From Candidatus Firestonebacteria bacterium RIFOXYD2_FULL_39_29 (lineage in GTDB: Bacteria > Oederibacteriota > D2-FULL-39-29): a stretch of 64,000 bases of DNA. How positions within the stretch are numbered: the first letter of the stretch is position 1; each line of letters begins with the position of its first letter. The notes under the pieces are model-generated. The model searched no databases, was not told where the DNA came from, and saw only the letters and a program-made list of their open reading frames with translations. Made by a program: the position numbers and the translations under genes. Location: NCBI GenBank assembly GCA_001778375.1, contig MFGV01000074.1:9651-73650 (forward strand). The letters run 5' to 3'. Of the stretch, positions 9,608-20,176 are shown piece after piece.

Positions 9608-10822
9608 ATGGAAGACTTTATTGTAGTAGGCGGAGGTCCTGCCGGAATAATGGCGGCAATAACCGCTTCAGATAATAAAAAAAATATATTGCTTCTAAAT
9701 AAAAATCCCGCCCTTGGACGTAAAATCCGCGTATCAGGAAACGGAAAATGCAATATTACCAATTCAGATTTAAATACAGATAAATACTGCGGTGATAAAA
9801 CCTTTCTGAAAAAAGTATTTGAGGAGTTTGACAACAAAAACCTGATTGCTTTCTTTGAAAAACGAGGGGTAATGCTAAAAACAGAAAGTTTTGGCAGGGT
9901 ACTGCCTGTGACTGAAAACTCGGCAAGTATTATTGATTGTCTGGAAGAAGAATTGATTTCTAATAAAGTTGCGGTCAAAAACGGAGAGCAAGTGCTTTCT
10001 ATAGTTAAAAATGAGAACAGTTTTTCGGTAAAGACCGGAAAAACTGTTTATGAAACGAAAAATGTACTTATATCCTCCGGAAGTTGTGCCTATCCCCAGT
10101 TGGGAGGCAGCAGTTCGGGATATGAACTTGCCGGGGAGCTTGGGCACACCATAATCCCGCTTAGACCTGCTATAGTGCCGGTTGAACTTGCCGGGAATTG
10201 GTTTTATAAGCTTCAGGGTGTGAGGGTGGAAGCAGAGCTTCAAATTTGCATGAAAAATGCAAAAAAAATATACAGAGGAGAGCTGCTTTTTACAAAGTAT
10301 GGGATATCCGGACCTTTAACTTTAGATGCTTCGTGCAGAATAATTGATGAAATTAAGAATAATGCGGAAGTATTTATCAATTTTCTCCCGTTTTATAAGA
10401 ATTCTACAGGTGAAGCTATAAGTGCCGCCTGGGATTTCAGGCCTGAAAAAACAGTATTTACTTTTCTTTCGGGTTTTCTTCCGAAGAAAATTGCTTTAGT
10501 TCTTCTTCCGCTTCTGGGTGTTAATATCTCAAAAAAATGTAAAGAACTAACAATAAAAGAAAGGGAAAATATAATATTATCTCTTTCAAAATGGCCGGTT
10601 ACTATAAAAGGTCCAAAAACCTACAAAGAAGCTATGGCCGTAGCCGGAGGAGTGGCGACAGAGGAAATAGATCCCTTAACTATGGAGTCAAAAAAAATTC
10701 CCGGACTGTATTTTGCTGGAGAAGTAATTGATGTGGCGGGTGAATCAGGCGGTTACAATATGCAGTTCGCGTTTTCCAGCGGATATATTGCCGGAATGGC
10801 GATAAAAAACAATAATAGATAA
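9608..10822 (+). CDS. HI0933/BaiN-family FAD-dependent oxidoreductase
   Basis: GGGPAGIMAA, GRKI.VSGNGKCNITN, GELLFT..GISGP and GGYNMQ.AFSSG. Confidence 0.93.
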   Translation: MEDFIVVGGGPAGIMAAITASDNKKNILLLNKNPALGRKIRVSGNGKCNITNSDLNTDKYCGDKTFLKKVFEEFDNKNLIAFFEKRGVMLKTESFGRVLPVTENSASIIDCLEEELISNKVAVKNGEQVLSIVKNENSFSVKTGKTVYETKNVLISSGSCAYPQLGGSSSGYELAGELGHTIIPLRPAIVPVELAGNWFYKLQGVRVEAELQICMKNAKKIYRGELLFTKYGISGPLTLDASCRIIDEIKNNAEVFINFLPFYKNSTGEAISAAWDFRPEKTVFTFLSGFLPKKIALVLLPLLGVNISKKCKELTIKERENIILSLSKWPVTIKGPKTYKEAMAVAGGVATEEIDPLTMESKKIPGLYFAGEVIDVAGESGGYNMQFAFSSGYIAGMAIKNNNR

Positions 10823-10962
10823 GCTATAAAATATATTATAGATTTATGACAATCGAAAGTTGATGAATATTACCCTTGCTGATTTAATTTAACTTGTTTT
10901 CTTTTCGGTATTATTATATATTGTATTAAAGTGGTAGCCGGAAATTTACGAGGTGTAAAAAA

Positions 10963-11469
10963 TTGAATAATCAAAATTTTAAGAAACTGTATTCGGATTA
11001 TCAGGGATTTGTAAAATATATTGTAAACAAGTTCACAAGTAATAAGGATGATGCGAAGGATTTGCATTCGCAAGTTTGGGAAAAAGCGTTTATTGCAAAA
11101 GATAAATATTCGCAAGATAAAAGTTTTTCAAAATGGATTTCCACGGTTACCCATAATACCTGTGTTGATTTTTTAAGAGGAAAAAAGCCTGTATATACCC
11201 TGGATGAGATTGACGAGTTCGGATATTTTGCTTCCGATAATTCGCTGGAATCAGAACGGTCAGAGAAGTACAGAATCTTAAAAGAAGCACTTTCAAAATT
11301 ACTTGATGAGGAGAAATCCATAATAATATTGTTTTATTTTGAAGATATGTCAATTAAATCTATAAGCAATAAATTTGGGCTGTCTAAAGGTACAGTTAAA
11401 GTCAGACTGCATAGATCAAGAGAAAAACTCCGTAATATCCTGGAAGATTCAGGATATTTTAATAAATAA
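10963..11469 (+). CDS. ECF sigma factor
   Basis: DAKDL.SQVW, FSKWI..V..N.CVD and GTVKVRLHRSR (regions 2 and 4); TTG start after AGGTG. Confidence 0.92.
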   Translation: MNNQNFKKLYSDYQGFVKYIVNKFTSNKDDAKDLHSQVWEKAFIAKDKYSQDKSFSKWISTVTHNTCVDFLRGKKPVYTLDEIDEFGYFASDNSLESERSEKYRILKEALSKLLDEEKSIIILFYFEDMSIKSISNKFGLSKGTVKVRLHRSREKLRNILEDSGYFNK

Positions 11470-11534
11470 TCCTCAGTCTGTCAAAATCTCAATATCAGAA
11501 ATAGCGTTCTTTTTATGTATTATTTTAAATATAT

Positions 11535-11560
11535 GTAACCTTTTTGATCTTCAATCGTAC
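11535..11560 (+). promoter_or_regulatory. ECF-type promoter immediately before the anti-sigma start (likely leaderless mRNA)
   Basis: GTAACC-15 bp-CGTAC ending 8 nt before ATG 11569, with no RBS. Confidence 0.5.
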
Positions 11561-11568
11561 TATATAGT

Positions 11569-12759
11569 ATGAAATGCAAAAAAGCAGGGTATTACATAAA
11601 CCTTTTTCTTGATAAAGATTTGTCTGAAAAGAAAAAAATAAATCTCAAAATTCATTTAGAAGCCTGTGATTCATGCCGTAGAGAATTCGATACTTTAAAG
11701 AAAACTCATGAATTGTTGAATGACATTAAATATTCAAGTGAGAGTAAATTCCTATCTGCCATTTCCTCGGCATTACTCCCCAACGAAAAAGCCAAAAGCT
11801 TTTCTTTTTATCGCAAAAAAATAGCTTTTATTTCTGCGGTAAGTGTGTTTTCCCTGATCACTGCATTTTTCACGGTTAAGATTATCGAAAGCCGGGATAA
11901 TTCATTAATGAAGGGGCTGCATTATCTGGAAAAAACACAGAATGAAGACGGTTCATGGAACTCTAATATCTTTCAAAAAAGCATACCGGTGACGTCAATA
12001 ACGCTTTTAAGTATGATGGAAAATAAAACAAAATTTGACAAGGAAAAATATGATAAAATCACCTCAAAAGCAACAGCTTATCTTCTGAGTTCAGTTCAAT
12101 CAAACGGTATTATTATCGGTGATTCAAGAAAACGCGCAACTATACATGATCAGGCATTTGGGATACTGACATTGAGCAGGATTTACAGTCTCAATAAAGC
12201 TGAGGAAATAAAGTTTAAATTGGAATTAGCGGTGAAAGCAGCCGAAGCAAATCAAAAAGAGAAAGGAGGCTGGACATATTATTTTCATAGCTCCGCGGAA
12301 GATGTTATTGTCAGTGCGAATATGATTAAGGCATTGATAAAAGCAAAAGAATCCGGTATTCATTGTAATAATGAAGTAATTAATAAAGGATTGGGATTTA
12401 TTAAAACATATTCAGCCGACGGAAATTATAATTCTTATATTGTAAATGTTTTAGCAAAAAATACGCTGGTGTCAACCGAAAATAAGACAAAAACATTTGA
12501 TTTTAACCGGCACTTAAGCAAAATAACGAATGCTATTGTCGGGAAAGAAAGCGAAAAACCCTGTTTTTATTATCAGGATCTTTTGATCTATGATTATTAT
12601 CTGGACTATGTGAAGAAAAATGCCATGCAGCAAAAAAAAAATATATGCCGGTTTCTTCTGTTGAAACAGGATAAAGAAGGAAGCTGGACGAACTGTTCCG
12701 GAAAAAACTATGCTACCGCTATAGCAACGTATATTTTGGCGAAATACGGCGGCTCATAG
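11569..12759 (+). CDS. Zinc-finger (zf-HC2) anti-sigma factor with TM helix and prenyltransferase/squalene-oxidase-like QW repeats
   Basis: MxC...HLxxCxxC, one TM segment, QNEDGSW / QKEKGGW / QDKEGSW repeats. Confidence 0.8.
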   Translation: MKCKKAGYYINLFLDKDLSEKKKINLKIHLEACDSCRREFDTLKKTHELLNDIKYSSESKFLSAISSALLPNEKAKSFSFYRKKIAFISAVSVFSLITAFFTVKIIESRDNSLMKGLHYLEKTQNEDGSWNSNIFQKSIPVTSITLLSMMENKTKFDKEKYDKITSKATAYLLSSVQSNGIIIGDSRKRATIHDQAFGILTLSRIYSLNKAEEIKFKLELAVKAAEANQKEKGGWTYYFHSSAEDVIVSANMIKALIKAKESGIHCNNEVINKGLGFIKTYSADGNYNSYIVNVLAKNTLVSTENKTKTFDFNRHLSKITNAIVGKESEKPCFYYQDLLIYDYYLDYVKKNAMQQKKNICRFLLLKQDKEGSWTNCSGKNYATAIATYILAKYGGS

Positions 12760-12778
12760 TAGATCGTTTGAATAAATC

Positions 12779-14956
12779 ATGAGGGAGAAGATGAAAAGAA
12801 TACTGGTGTTGGTAAGTATGGTGATATTATCAGGTTTTGTGGCTTATGCGCAGCAAGTAGATAAACTTGTTGAAAAAGAACAAATTACTATGGAAAGAAA
12901 AATAGAAGCGAATTCAAAAGATAAGATTGCGGCGGATATATCAGATGCAAAAAAAGAAAAAATATATCTTAGTCTTCCCGAAATTACAATTACGGCAACA
13001 CGTATAATAGATGATACATTTAATGTTTCCAAACCGGTCAGTGTTACCGGAGGGGATAGTTCTGTAATTCAAAAATCAATTATGATGAATGAAGCGCTTG
13101 ATGAATCTCCCGGAGTATTTATGCAAAAAACAACGCAGGGTCATGGATCACCTATCATAAGGGGTTTTATCGGAAGGGAAAATCTTGTTCTGATCGACGG
13201 TATAAGACTGAATAATTCCACATTAAGAAGCGGTCCTGTACAATATATGAACACTGTAGATAATTTTATGGTAGATAGAATTGAAATTGTAAGAGGTCCC
13301 GGCTCTTCTCTCTACGGAAGTGATGCTTTGGGTGGTGTGATAAATATAATAACGGAAAATCCTGTTTCCACTGTTCCATTCACGGCGAAAATAATAAGCA
13401 GGGGTGACAGCAGTGTTAATGGTACTGCAACAAGGCTAGAAGCAAACGGAAAAGCAGGGGAGTTTAATTATTTATTTGGAGGCACTTATAAAAATATAGG
13501 GAATTTACGGGCCGGAGGAAATTTTGGGGTTCTTACTCCAACCGGGTTTAATGAGCAGGATGCTAATGGAAAAATAAGTTATAATATTTCGAAAGATGCT
13601 GATGTTACTTTGAATTATCAATATACAAGGCAAAATGAGGTTCCTCGCTATGATTCATACAAAGGAGCAAGGATGTTCAGCGGAACCGGCGGATATGAAA
13701 AATATATTTACAACCCCCAGGAGAGGCATCTGGGTTGGATTAAGTATGAACAGCAAAATGTGTCTTCTTGGATGGATTCTTTCTCCGTTGCTGCCTCGTT
13801 TCAGCGTCAGTTTGAAGGAAGACAATTACAAAAGACGGGAAAAACAACAGTATCTGAATATGAAGATAATGTGGATACTCTGGGATTTACTCCGCAATTT
13901 ACTTCAAAAATAGATAATAATAAATTAGTTTATGGGTTTGAATACTACCAGGATTATGTCCAAAGCCGGTATTGGGATTATAATACCAATACTCAGTCAA
14001 GAGCGGAAGATTCTCTTAAAAGTACCTTTCCTGATGGTTCAAAATACAATACTGCAGGTGTGTTTTTGGCGGATGAATGGCAAGTTTCGGAAAATTTCAA
14101 GTTTATCCCGGAAGCAAGGTACAGCAGGTTCGAATATAACTCTATAATACGAGGGAACCCCGTAGTCAGTAATATTGGGGAGGTCTTTCAGAACATTACC
14201 GGAAATTTGGGGGCGATGTATAAAATCACAAAGGGTGTAAATTTATGCGGAAATATTTCCCAGGGTTTTAGAGCTCCAAATCTTGATGATCTTGTGACAC
14301 TTCGAGTCGAGAATCTGGGTATCGATGTTCCTAATTATGATCTAAGACCGGAAAAAAATACCAATATAGAAATAGGTGTCAAAGGTGAATTTGAAAGGAT
14401 AAATTGGTCGGCATTTTACTATTTTTCAGATGTTACCGACAAAATAGACAGAAAACCGGGAGATTATAACGGAGTTACTGTTATAGACGGAAAACCGGTT
14501 TATCAGAAGTTCAATATTGGAAAAGGACAGTTGCAGGGCTCGGAGCTAAACGGCAGGCTTTTCATTGACGATATGTTTAATTGGAGCATATATGGTAACC
14601 TTACATGGACTGAGGGCAAAAATCTGACCGATTGCGAGCCTTTAAGCCGGGTTCCTCCGTTAAACGGCATGCTTGGAGTTCGCTATGAAATTTCCGATTG
14701 GGGTTTGGAAGCTTATACAAAATTTGCAGGAAGACAGGATGCTCTGTCTACAAGAGATAAAACCGATTCAAGGATGGATCCAAACGGAACACCGGCCTGG
14801 TTTACATTAAATGCTCGCGGTAATCTAAAAATAAATGATAGTATAAAGATTAATAGCGGAGTGGAAAATATACTTGACCGGGGATACCGTCTTCATAGTT
14901 CGGGAGTTGATGCGTCAGGGATAAATTTCTTTTTGGGTATTGAAGCAAAATATTGA
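12779..14956 (+). CDS. TonB-dependent receptor
   Basis: Signal peptide, ITITATR TonB-box-like segment, plug motif RIEIVRGPGSSLYGSDALGGVINIIT, GFRAP, GVENILD, terminal aromatic residue. Confidence 0.95.
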   Translation: MREKMKRILVLVSMVILSGFVAYAQQVDKLVEKEQITMERKIEANSKDKIAADISDAKKEKIYLSLPEITITATRIIDDTFNVSKPVSVTGGDSSVIQKSIMMNEALDESPGVFMQKTTQGHGSPIIRGFIGRENLVLIDGIRLNNSTLRSGPVQYMNTVDNFMVDRIEIVRGPGSSLYGSDALGGVINIITENPVSTVPFTAKIISRGDSSVNGTATRLEANGKAGEFNYLFGGTYKNIGNLRAGGNFGVLTPTGFNEQDANGKISYNISKDADVTLNYQYTRQNEVPRYDSYKGARMFSGTGGYEKYIYNPQERHLGWIKYEQQNVSSWMDSFSVAASFQRQFEGRQLQKTGKTTVSEYEDNVDTLGFTPQFTSKIDNNKLVYGFEYYQDYVQSRYWDYNTNTQSRAEDSLKSTFPDGSKYNTAGVFLADEWQVSENFKFIPEARYSRFEYNSIIRGNPVVSNIGEVFQNITGNLGAMYKITKGVNLCGNISQGFRAPNLDDLVTLRVENLGIDVPNYDLRPEKNTNIEIGVKGEFERINWSAFYYFSDVTDKIDRKPGDYNGVTVIDGKPVYQKFNIGKGQLQGSELNGRLFIDDMFNWSIYGNLTWTEGKNLTDCEPLSRVPPLNGMLGVRYEISDWGLEAYTKFAGRQDALSTRDKTDSRMDPNGTPAWFTLNARGNLKINDSIKINSGVENILDRGYRLHSSGVDASGINFFLGIEAKY

Positions 14957-15006
14957 TCAGTAATTATCAGAAACAATTGTCTTAAAATATAGAAAAATAA
15001 AATGAA

Positions 15007-15190
15007 GAGTATTTCACTTTACTTGATTGGACCCACATCTTGTATCAGTGTCCACCTTTGGTGAGATCTCGTCCGCAACAATAGTTTGTTGCGAGACCTC
15101 GCTATTGGGCGGGCTAAAGGCGGAGAATCCTGTAGCTCTGTAATCTCATCAAAAGATCCGCCAAATATAACTGGCGGAAGTGGAATTTTT
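15007..15190 (+). repeat. ~90-bp dispersed intergenic repeat carrying three micro-insertions (one nested)
   Basis: Aligns with the empty copy at 27875-27960 after removing 15051-15124 and 15146-15178. Confidence 0.8.
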
Positions 15191-15210
15191 TTCGAAAAGG
15201 AGAATTAAAA

Positions 15211-15888
15211 ATGGAAAATAATAATTTCGACGGAAAAAGTAGTTCTAAAAGTGTATGGATTACCTGTCTTGTTGTTTTTCTATTCTTCGTACTCCAGCAT
15301 TACTTCAGGCGTTTTGGCCAGCCTATTCCAAATATATTTTTGAACGTAATGAATAAATCAATAGCTTTTACTTCTTTTACTATGATCTCTGCAGCGATCT
15401 TAACAGGCTCATTTGTAAAGATTTGGCCGAAAAAGTGGGAAAGCAAAGTACATTATATTAAAAGCTTTGGGATCCTAGGGTTTATCTTAAGTTTTATTCA
15501 TATCTTGATTTCTGTCATGATGTTTTCGGCCTCTTACTATCCGGATTATTTTACTCCTGAAAATAAAATGACTGCAGTATTTGCCCTTTCTTTGCTTCTG
15601 GGTTCGGCAGCTTTTGTATATTTTATGGCGGTAAGCTTTAATTTATTATCAAATATTATACAAAAGCACGGAACTATTAAAGCGCTTAATAATATTATCT
15701 ATATATTTTTACTCGGGCATATTTTTATATTAAAGTACGATGAATTGCTGGATAAAAACAGCTGGGCTAACGGGTTGCCCTCGGGCCATTTCGTCGGATT
15801 TCTTCTAACTATTGTTGTAATAATATTTTATGTGACAGCAATGTTTAAAGGCAAAAGTAAATCCGATAAAACCAAAGAGAATAGATGA
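15211..15888 (+). CDS. Ferric-reductase-like transmembrane protein
   Basis: About 6 TM helices, NKSIA motif, two intramembrane His (FIHI, LGHI). Confidence 0.65.
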   Translation: MENNNFDGKSSSKSVWITCLVVFLFFVLQHYFRRFGQPIPNIFLNVMNKSIAFTSFTMISAAILTGSFVKIWPKKWESKVHYIKSFGILGFILSFIHILISVMMFSASYYPDYFTPENKMTAVFALSLLLGSAAFVYFMAVSFNLLSNIIQKHGTIKALNNIIYIFLLGHIFILKYDELLDKNSWANGLPSGHFVGFLLTIVVIIFYVTAMFKGKSKSDKTKENR

Positions 15889-16994
15889 GAAAAATATTTG
15901 CGATAATAAGACTGGTTCTCTTGTTTACTCTTGGTGTTTATGCCCAGCAAAGTGAAATAGTAGTTGATAAAAGTGCGTCTGATACAAAAGAAAAGAAATC
16001 CGGAGAAGCATCAAAAGTACCTGCGCAAGTCAAGATTTCCGGGTTTACCCAGTTTTCCTACACTTCGGATCCGACATTAGGAGGGATAGAACCTTTTGCC
16101 GTAAAGACAGCCCGGGTGGGATTTAGCTGGAAGTTTAATGATTGGGCGGAGTTTAAAATTCAGCCGGATTTTTACGGTTTTGCCACTTCGACTTCAATAA
16201 CAACGGTAACTAACATATCAAATAAAGCTGTATCTGTAATTGCCGCGGTTCCGACAGTAAATTTTAAAGAGTTATGGGCGGAATTTATTGCCGATAAGGA
16301 TTTGTTAAGGGTAAAGGTCGGACAATACTTAGTTCCTTTTAGTTTTGAGAATAATTATCCGGCATCAAAAGCCAAAGTATTTGATACCCCTCAATTTTTA
16401 TCCAAAACAATTATTGCCAAATATGATTATGGTATTCAGCTTTGCGGTAATCTTCCGGGGGATAATATGAAAAACCTTCTTTCCTGGAGAGTGGGTATTC
16501 TTAACGGAACAACTTATGGCTCGGAAACGGATGGGATGAAAGATTTCTCCGGATATTTTGTTACAAAACCTATAAATGATTTTGAGTTCGGTATCTCTGC
16601 TTATACACGTCATATTGCCGCCTGCAATAAATATGAAACGCATTACGGATTTTACGGAAAATATGAAACAGAAGGCACATTGCCGTTGTTTACGACTTTT
16701 GAGTATATTGCCGGAAAAGATACGTCAGGCGTAAAGGATATTATGGATTTTGTATTTACTGTGGAAGCCAAGCCTTTTGTGATGTTTTTACCGTCACTTT
16801 CCTGTCTGGCTCCTGTTTTTAGATTTGAAAGATGGGATGAGAATATTTGGGACGGCAGTTATGTGTCATATTATACTGTTGGCTTGAACATTTACGCGGA
16901 CAAGTCCGTAAGGTTCCTGGCTGATTACGTGATAAAAAGTGATACTATCCCCGATAATAATAAATTTAACACCATGGTGCAAATAAATTATTAG
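15885..16994 (+). CDS. OprO/OprP-like outer-membrane porin
   Basis: Signal peptide, ISGFTQF.Y, ARVGF, VGQY.VPFS.E, terminal QINY. Confidence 0.75.
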   Translation: MRKIFAIIRLVLLFTLGVYAQQSEIVVDKSASDTKEKKSGEASKVPAQVKISGFTQFSYTSDPTLGGIEPFAVKTARVGFSWKFNDWAEFKIQPDFYGFATSTSITTVTNISNKAVSVIAAVPTVNFKELWAEFIADKDLLRVKVGQYLVPFSFENNYPASKAKVFDTPQFLSKTIIAKYDYGIQLCGNLPGDNMKNLLSWRVGILNGTTYGSETDGMKDFSGYFVTKPINDFEFGISAYTRHIAACNKYETHYGFYGKYETEGTLPLFTTFEYIAGKDTSGVKDIMDFVFTVEAKPFVMFLPSLSCLAPVFRFERWDENIWDGSYVSYYTVGLNIYADKSVRFLADYVIKSDTIPDNNKFNTMVQINY

Positions 16995-17037
16995 CAGGCT
17001 GCTGAAAAAATCTTAAAAAGAGTTTTTCATCAACCTG
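16995..17037. mobile_element. 43-bp IS-end remnant (mini-MITE) with TTAG duplication
   Basis: CAGGCTGCTGAAAAA / TTTTTCATCAACCTG imperfect inverted ends, flanked by TTAG at 16991-16994 and 17038-17041. Confidence 0.55.
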
Positions 17038-17170
17038 TTAGATTTCAGATAGACGGGTATCCTTCTTTGGATTTTGAATATGATATTTCTGTAGCCTTTA
17101 ATTTGAAAGTGTTGTATTATTGATACAGCTTCACTTTAGACTTGTCTTTTGGAATAGAGGAGAAACTAAT

Positions 17171-17914
17171 ATGTTGAAAGTATTTTCTGCAAGAGCCTGC
17201 GCTTTTCCGCTTATTGATGCGGCAAAAGAATTTGAAATATTGAATAAAGTTAAGGTCCAAATCGATGTTTGCAACAGGGGCTGTGTAAAACAATACAGTG
17301 AAGTTACTTCCGATGAGGGAGCTCCGAAAGCCGGACAGCCTGAGACTTTTCTTCAGGAGATAAGCAGGGGCGAAAATTACGATTTAGTGATAGGAAGTGC
17401 TGAGTATCTTCTTGATGACGGCGAATATCTGGGGTTAGTGCTGCCTGATATGAGAAAGACGATCGGATACCGCCGTTCTGTCTTGATAGTCCCGAAAGGT
17501 AATCCGAAAAAGATTAAAACCCTTGAAGATTGCGCAAAATCCGGAGTAAAGATCGGCATTTCATTGATAGATTGTTTGAAAGGGCTCTGGGAAGATGTAT
17601 CGGGAAGAGCAATGCTTATTGAACCGGTCCGAAAGAATATTACTCTGCATGTAAACGGATGCATCCATCTGGTTGACGCTGTCGCTGCCGGAAAGGTGGA
17701 TGTCGCTTTCGGGTGGAACACTTTTAATGAACTCTCTCCCGATCTGGAAATAGTCGAACTTGAAGAAAAATACCGGATATTTCGCGGTACATCTATTGCC
17801 GCTCTTAAATTCATCAAAGATAAAGAACTCGGAAAAAAGTTTATTGCCTTTTTAACTTCCGGAGCGGGGCTTGAACATTATAGAAAGCACGGCTGGGTTA
17901 TTCCGTCCAAGTAA
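17171..17914 (+). CDS. ModA-like substrate-binding-fold protein lacking a signal peptide, Cys-rich
   Basis: LIVPKGNPKKIKTLED and GKVDVAFGW motifs; RBS AGAGGAG before ATG 17171; no hydrophobic N-terminus. Confidence 0.75.
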   Translation: MLKVFSARACAFPLIDAAKEFEILNKVKVQIDVCNRGCVKQYSEVTSDEGAPKAGQPETFLQEISRGENYDLVIGSAEYLLDDGEYLGLVLPDMRKTIGYRRSVLIVPKGNPKKIKTLEDCAKSGVKIGISLIDCLKGLWEDVSGRAMLIEPVRKNITLHVNGCIHLVDAVAAGKVDVAFGWNTFNELSPDLEIVELEEKYRIFRGTSIAALKFIKDKELGKKFIAFLTSGAGLEHYRKHGWVIPSK

Positions 17915-17931
17915 ATTAGAAGGAGAAAAAA

Positions 17932-18678
17932 ATGCGTAAAATATTATTACCGGTAATATTCTGTCTTATCCTTGCCGGATTTGGCTGCGCGCGGTCAAAT
18001 CAAAAAGCTTTATTTGTTTACTGCGGGAACACGATGAGGCCGGCAATGGAACTTTTGGCAAAATCTTATGAAAAAAAGACAGGAGTTAAACTGGAGTTTA
18101 GTTTTGGCGATTCAAGCGAAATCTTTGCCCAGGTAAAGCTTTCGAAAAAAGGCGATATATTTATTGTTCATGAACCTTATATGGAACAATTTGCGAAGCA
18201 GGACCTTATTCTTGACTACAAGGATGCGGCATTTCTTCAACCCGTGCTGGTGGTTGCCGCCAATAATCCAAAAAATATAGAAGGGTTTAAGGATCTTGCA
18301 AAAAAAGGCATGCGTTTGGGATGGGGAGAACCGGAATTTTCTCTTGCGGGGAAATTAACTGAGGAGTATCTTAAAAAAGAAAAGATGTATAAAGAGCTTG
18401 CAATCAATGTTAAGGTGAAAACAAGAAGCAGTTCCGAACTCGCTAATGCGATAAAACTCGGGGCTATAGACGCGGCTTTTATCTGGAATGCTTCAGCAAA
18501 ACAATTCGAGAGTACATTGAAGGTTATAAAGCTGAAAAATGAGATTCAGGGAGCAAGGGTCTCTATTGCGGTGCTTAAGAGTTCTGAAAATCTCAAAGAG
18601 GCGGAAAAATTCCTTTCTTATGCTGTCTCTGATGAAGGGAAGCCGGCGTTTACTTCTTCGGGCTATAAAACAAAGTGA
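17932..18678 (+). CDS. modA: Molybdate-type ABC substrate-binding lipoprotein
   Basis: Lipobox (GFGC), FGDSS, NNPKNI, GAIDAAFIW. Confidence 0.8.
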   Translation: MRKILLPVIFCLILAGFGCARSNQKALFVYCGNTMRPAMELLAKSYEKKTGVKLEFSFGDSSEIFAQVKLSKKGDIFIVHEPYMEQFAKQDLILDYKDAAFLQPVLVVAANNPKNIEGFKDLAKKGMRLGWGEPEFSLAGKLTEEYLKKEKMYKELAINVKVKTRSSSELANAIKLGAIDAAFIWNASAKQFESTLKVIKLKNEIQGARVSIAVLKSSENLKEAEKFLSYAVSDEGKPAFTSSGYKTK

Positions 18679-19460
18679 ACATGGAAAAAATATTCCGCGG
18701 GACATTTTTCGGGCTGCTTGGAATCTACTTTCTTATAATAATGATACTGTTGCTCGGGGATATCGGGTATATCAGTATTTCTAATTTTAGGGAAGCCTTG
18801 GCGGCTCCAGAGATTCAATATGCTATAAAGCTTAGCCTTTTAACTTCCCTTGTTACCGCGGTTCTTTCCTTGATTGTCTCTGTGCCTGCGGCTTATGCGC
18901 TCGTAAGATTCAGATTTTTTGGAAGTAACTTTGTAGATGCTGTGCTGGATTTGCCTATTATCGTGCCTCCATTGGTTATCGGAATAAGCCTTCTGGTGTT
19001 TTATCAGACAGGGTTAGGCAATATTTTAAAATCTCATGGTTTTGATTTTGTCTATACAATACCCGGAATTGTGATAGCCCAGTTTGTCATCTCCTGCGCG
19101 TTCTGTCTTAAAACCATAAAAACCGCTTTTGAGGGAATGGATTCCCGGCTTGAGGATGTCGCAAAGACTTTGGGTTGTAATTCCTGGCAGGTCTTTTTCT
19201 GGATAACTCTTCCCATTGCCAAAAAGGGAGTTGTCGCTGCCGGAATAATTGCCTGGGCAAAAGCTATAGGAGAATTCGGCCCGGTTCTCGTATTTTGCGG
19301 TTCAACCAGATTTAAAACGGAGGTATTACCTACAACTATATTTCTGGAGCTTTCTATAGGCCGGATAGAGAGCGCCCTTGCCGTTTCGCTCCTTCTGGTA
19401 GGGTTCAGCATAGTTTCGTTAATGATCTTGAGATTATTTTTAAAAAGAGGGATACAATGA
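18675..19460 (+). CDS. modB: Molybdate-type ABC permease
   Basis: DLPIIVPPLVIG, EDVAKTLG EAA loop, AKAIGEFG. Confidence 0.85.
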   Translation: MNMEKIFRGTFFGLLGIYFLIIMILLLGDIGYISISNFREALAAPEIQYAIKLSLLTSLVTAVLSLIVSVPAAYALVRFRFFGSNFVDAVLDLPIIVPPLVIGISLLVFYQTGLGNILKSHGFDFVYTIPGIVIAQFVISCAFCLKTIKTAFEGMDSRLEDVAKTLGCNSWQVFFWITLPIAKKGVVAAGIIAWAKAIGEFGPVLVFCGSTRFKTEVLPTTIFLELSIGRIESALAVSLLLVGFSIVSLMILRLFLKRGIQ

Positions 19461-20176
19461 TTCAACTTCAGAAAATATTTTTTAGACAGGCAAATTTTGA
19501 ACTCAAAAATATATCCGCGGAGATTGATAATGAATATTGTGTTTTAATAGGTCCTCCGGGCGCCGGCAAGACAACATTACTGGAAGTTTTATGCGGACTT
19601 AGACAGATAAAATCAGGAAAAATATTATTAAACAAATCGGATATTTCGCTCCTTGCTCCGGGAAAAAGGGGTATCGGTTATATGCCTCAGGATTATGCTC
19701 TATTTCCGCATATGTCTGTTAAAGATAATATAGGCTTTGGTTTAAAGGTTTTGAAATACGACAGGATTTCCGCTGAGAAGAAAATAACGGAGATCTGCGA
19801 GCTTTTAGAGATTACTCATCTGCTTGAAAGACAGCCAAAGACCTTAAGCGGAGGGGAAGGTCAAAGGGTTGCGATGGCGCGGGCGCTTATAATTTCTCCG
19901 AAGCTGCTGCTTTTGGACGAACCTCTCTGCGCTTTGGATGAGAAAACCAGAGAAAAATTGATAGGTAAATTAAAAAAAATGCAAAAGCAGATGGATATCC
20001 CCTTCCTTCATATCTGTCACTTTTATGACGAAATGGACCGTCTGGCTGATAAAGTTCTCGTTCTATGGAACGGGGAAATAATCCAACAGGGCAAACTTAA
20101 GGAAATAAAAAAACACCCTGCGGATAAAAGGGTGGCAGATTTCCTGTGCAAAGGAGAGACGTTATGCGTAAAGTAA
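19457..20176 (+). CDS. modC: Molybdate-type ABC ATPase
   Basis: GPPGAGKT, PQDYALFPH, LSGGE, LLLDEP. Confidence 0.85.
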   Translation: MIQLQKIFFRQANFELKNISAEIDNEYCVLIGPPGAGKTTLLEVLCGLRQIKSGKILLNKSDISLLAPGKRGIGYMPQDYALFPHMSVKDNIGFGLKVLKYDRISAEKKITEICELLEITHLLERQPKTLSGGEGQRVAMARALIISPKLLLLDEPLCALDEKTREKLIGKLKKMQKQMDIPFLHICHFYDEMDRLADKVLVLWNGEIIQQGKLKEIKKHPADKRVADFLCKGETLCVK

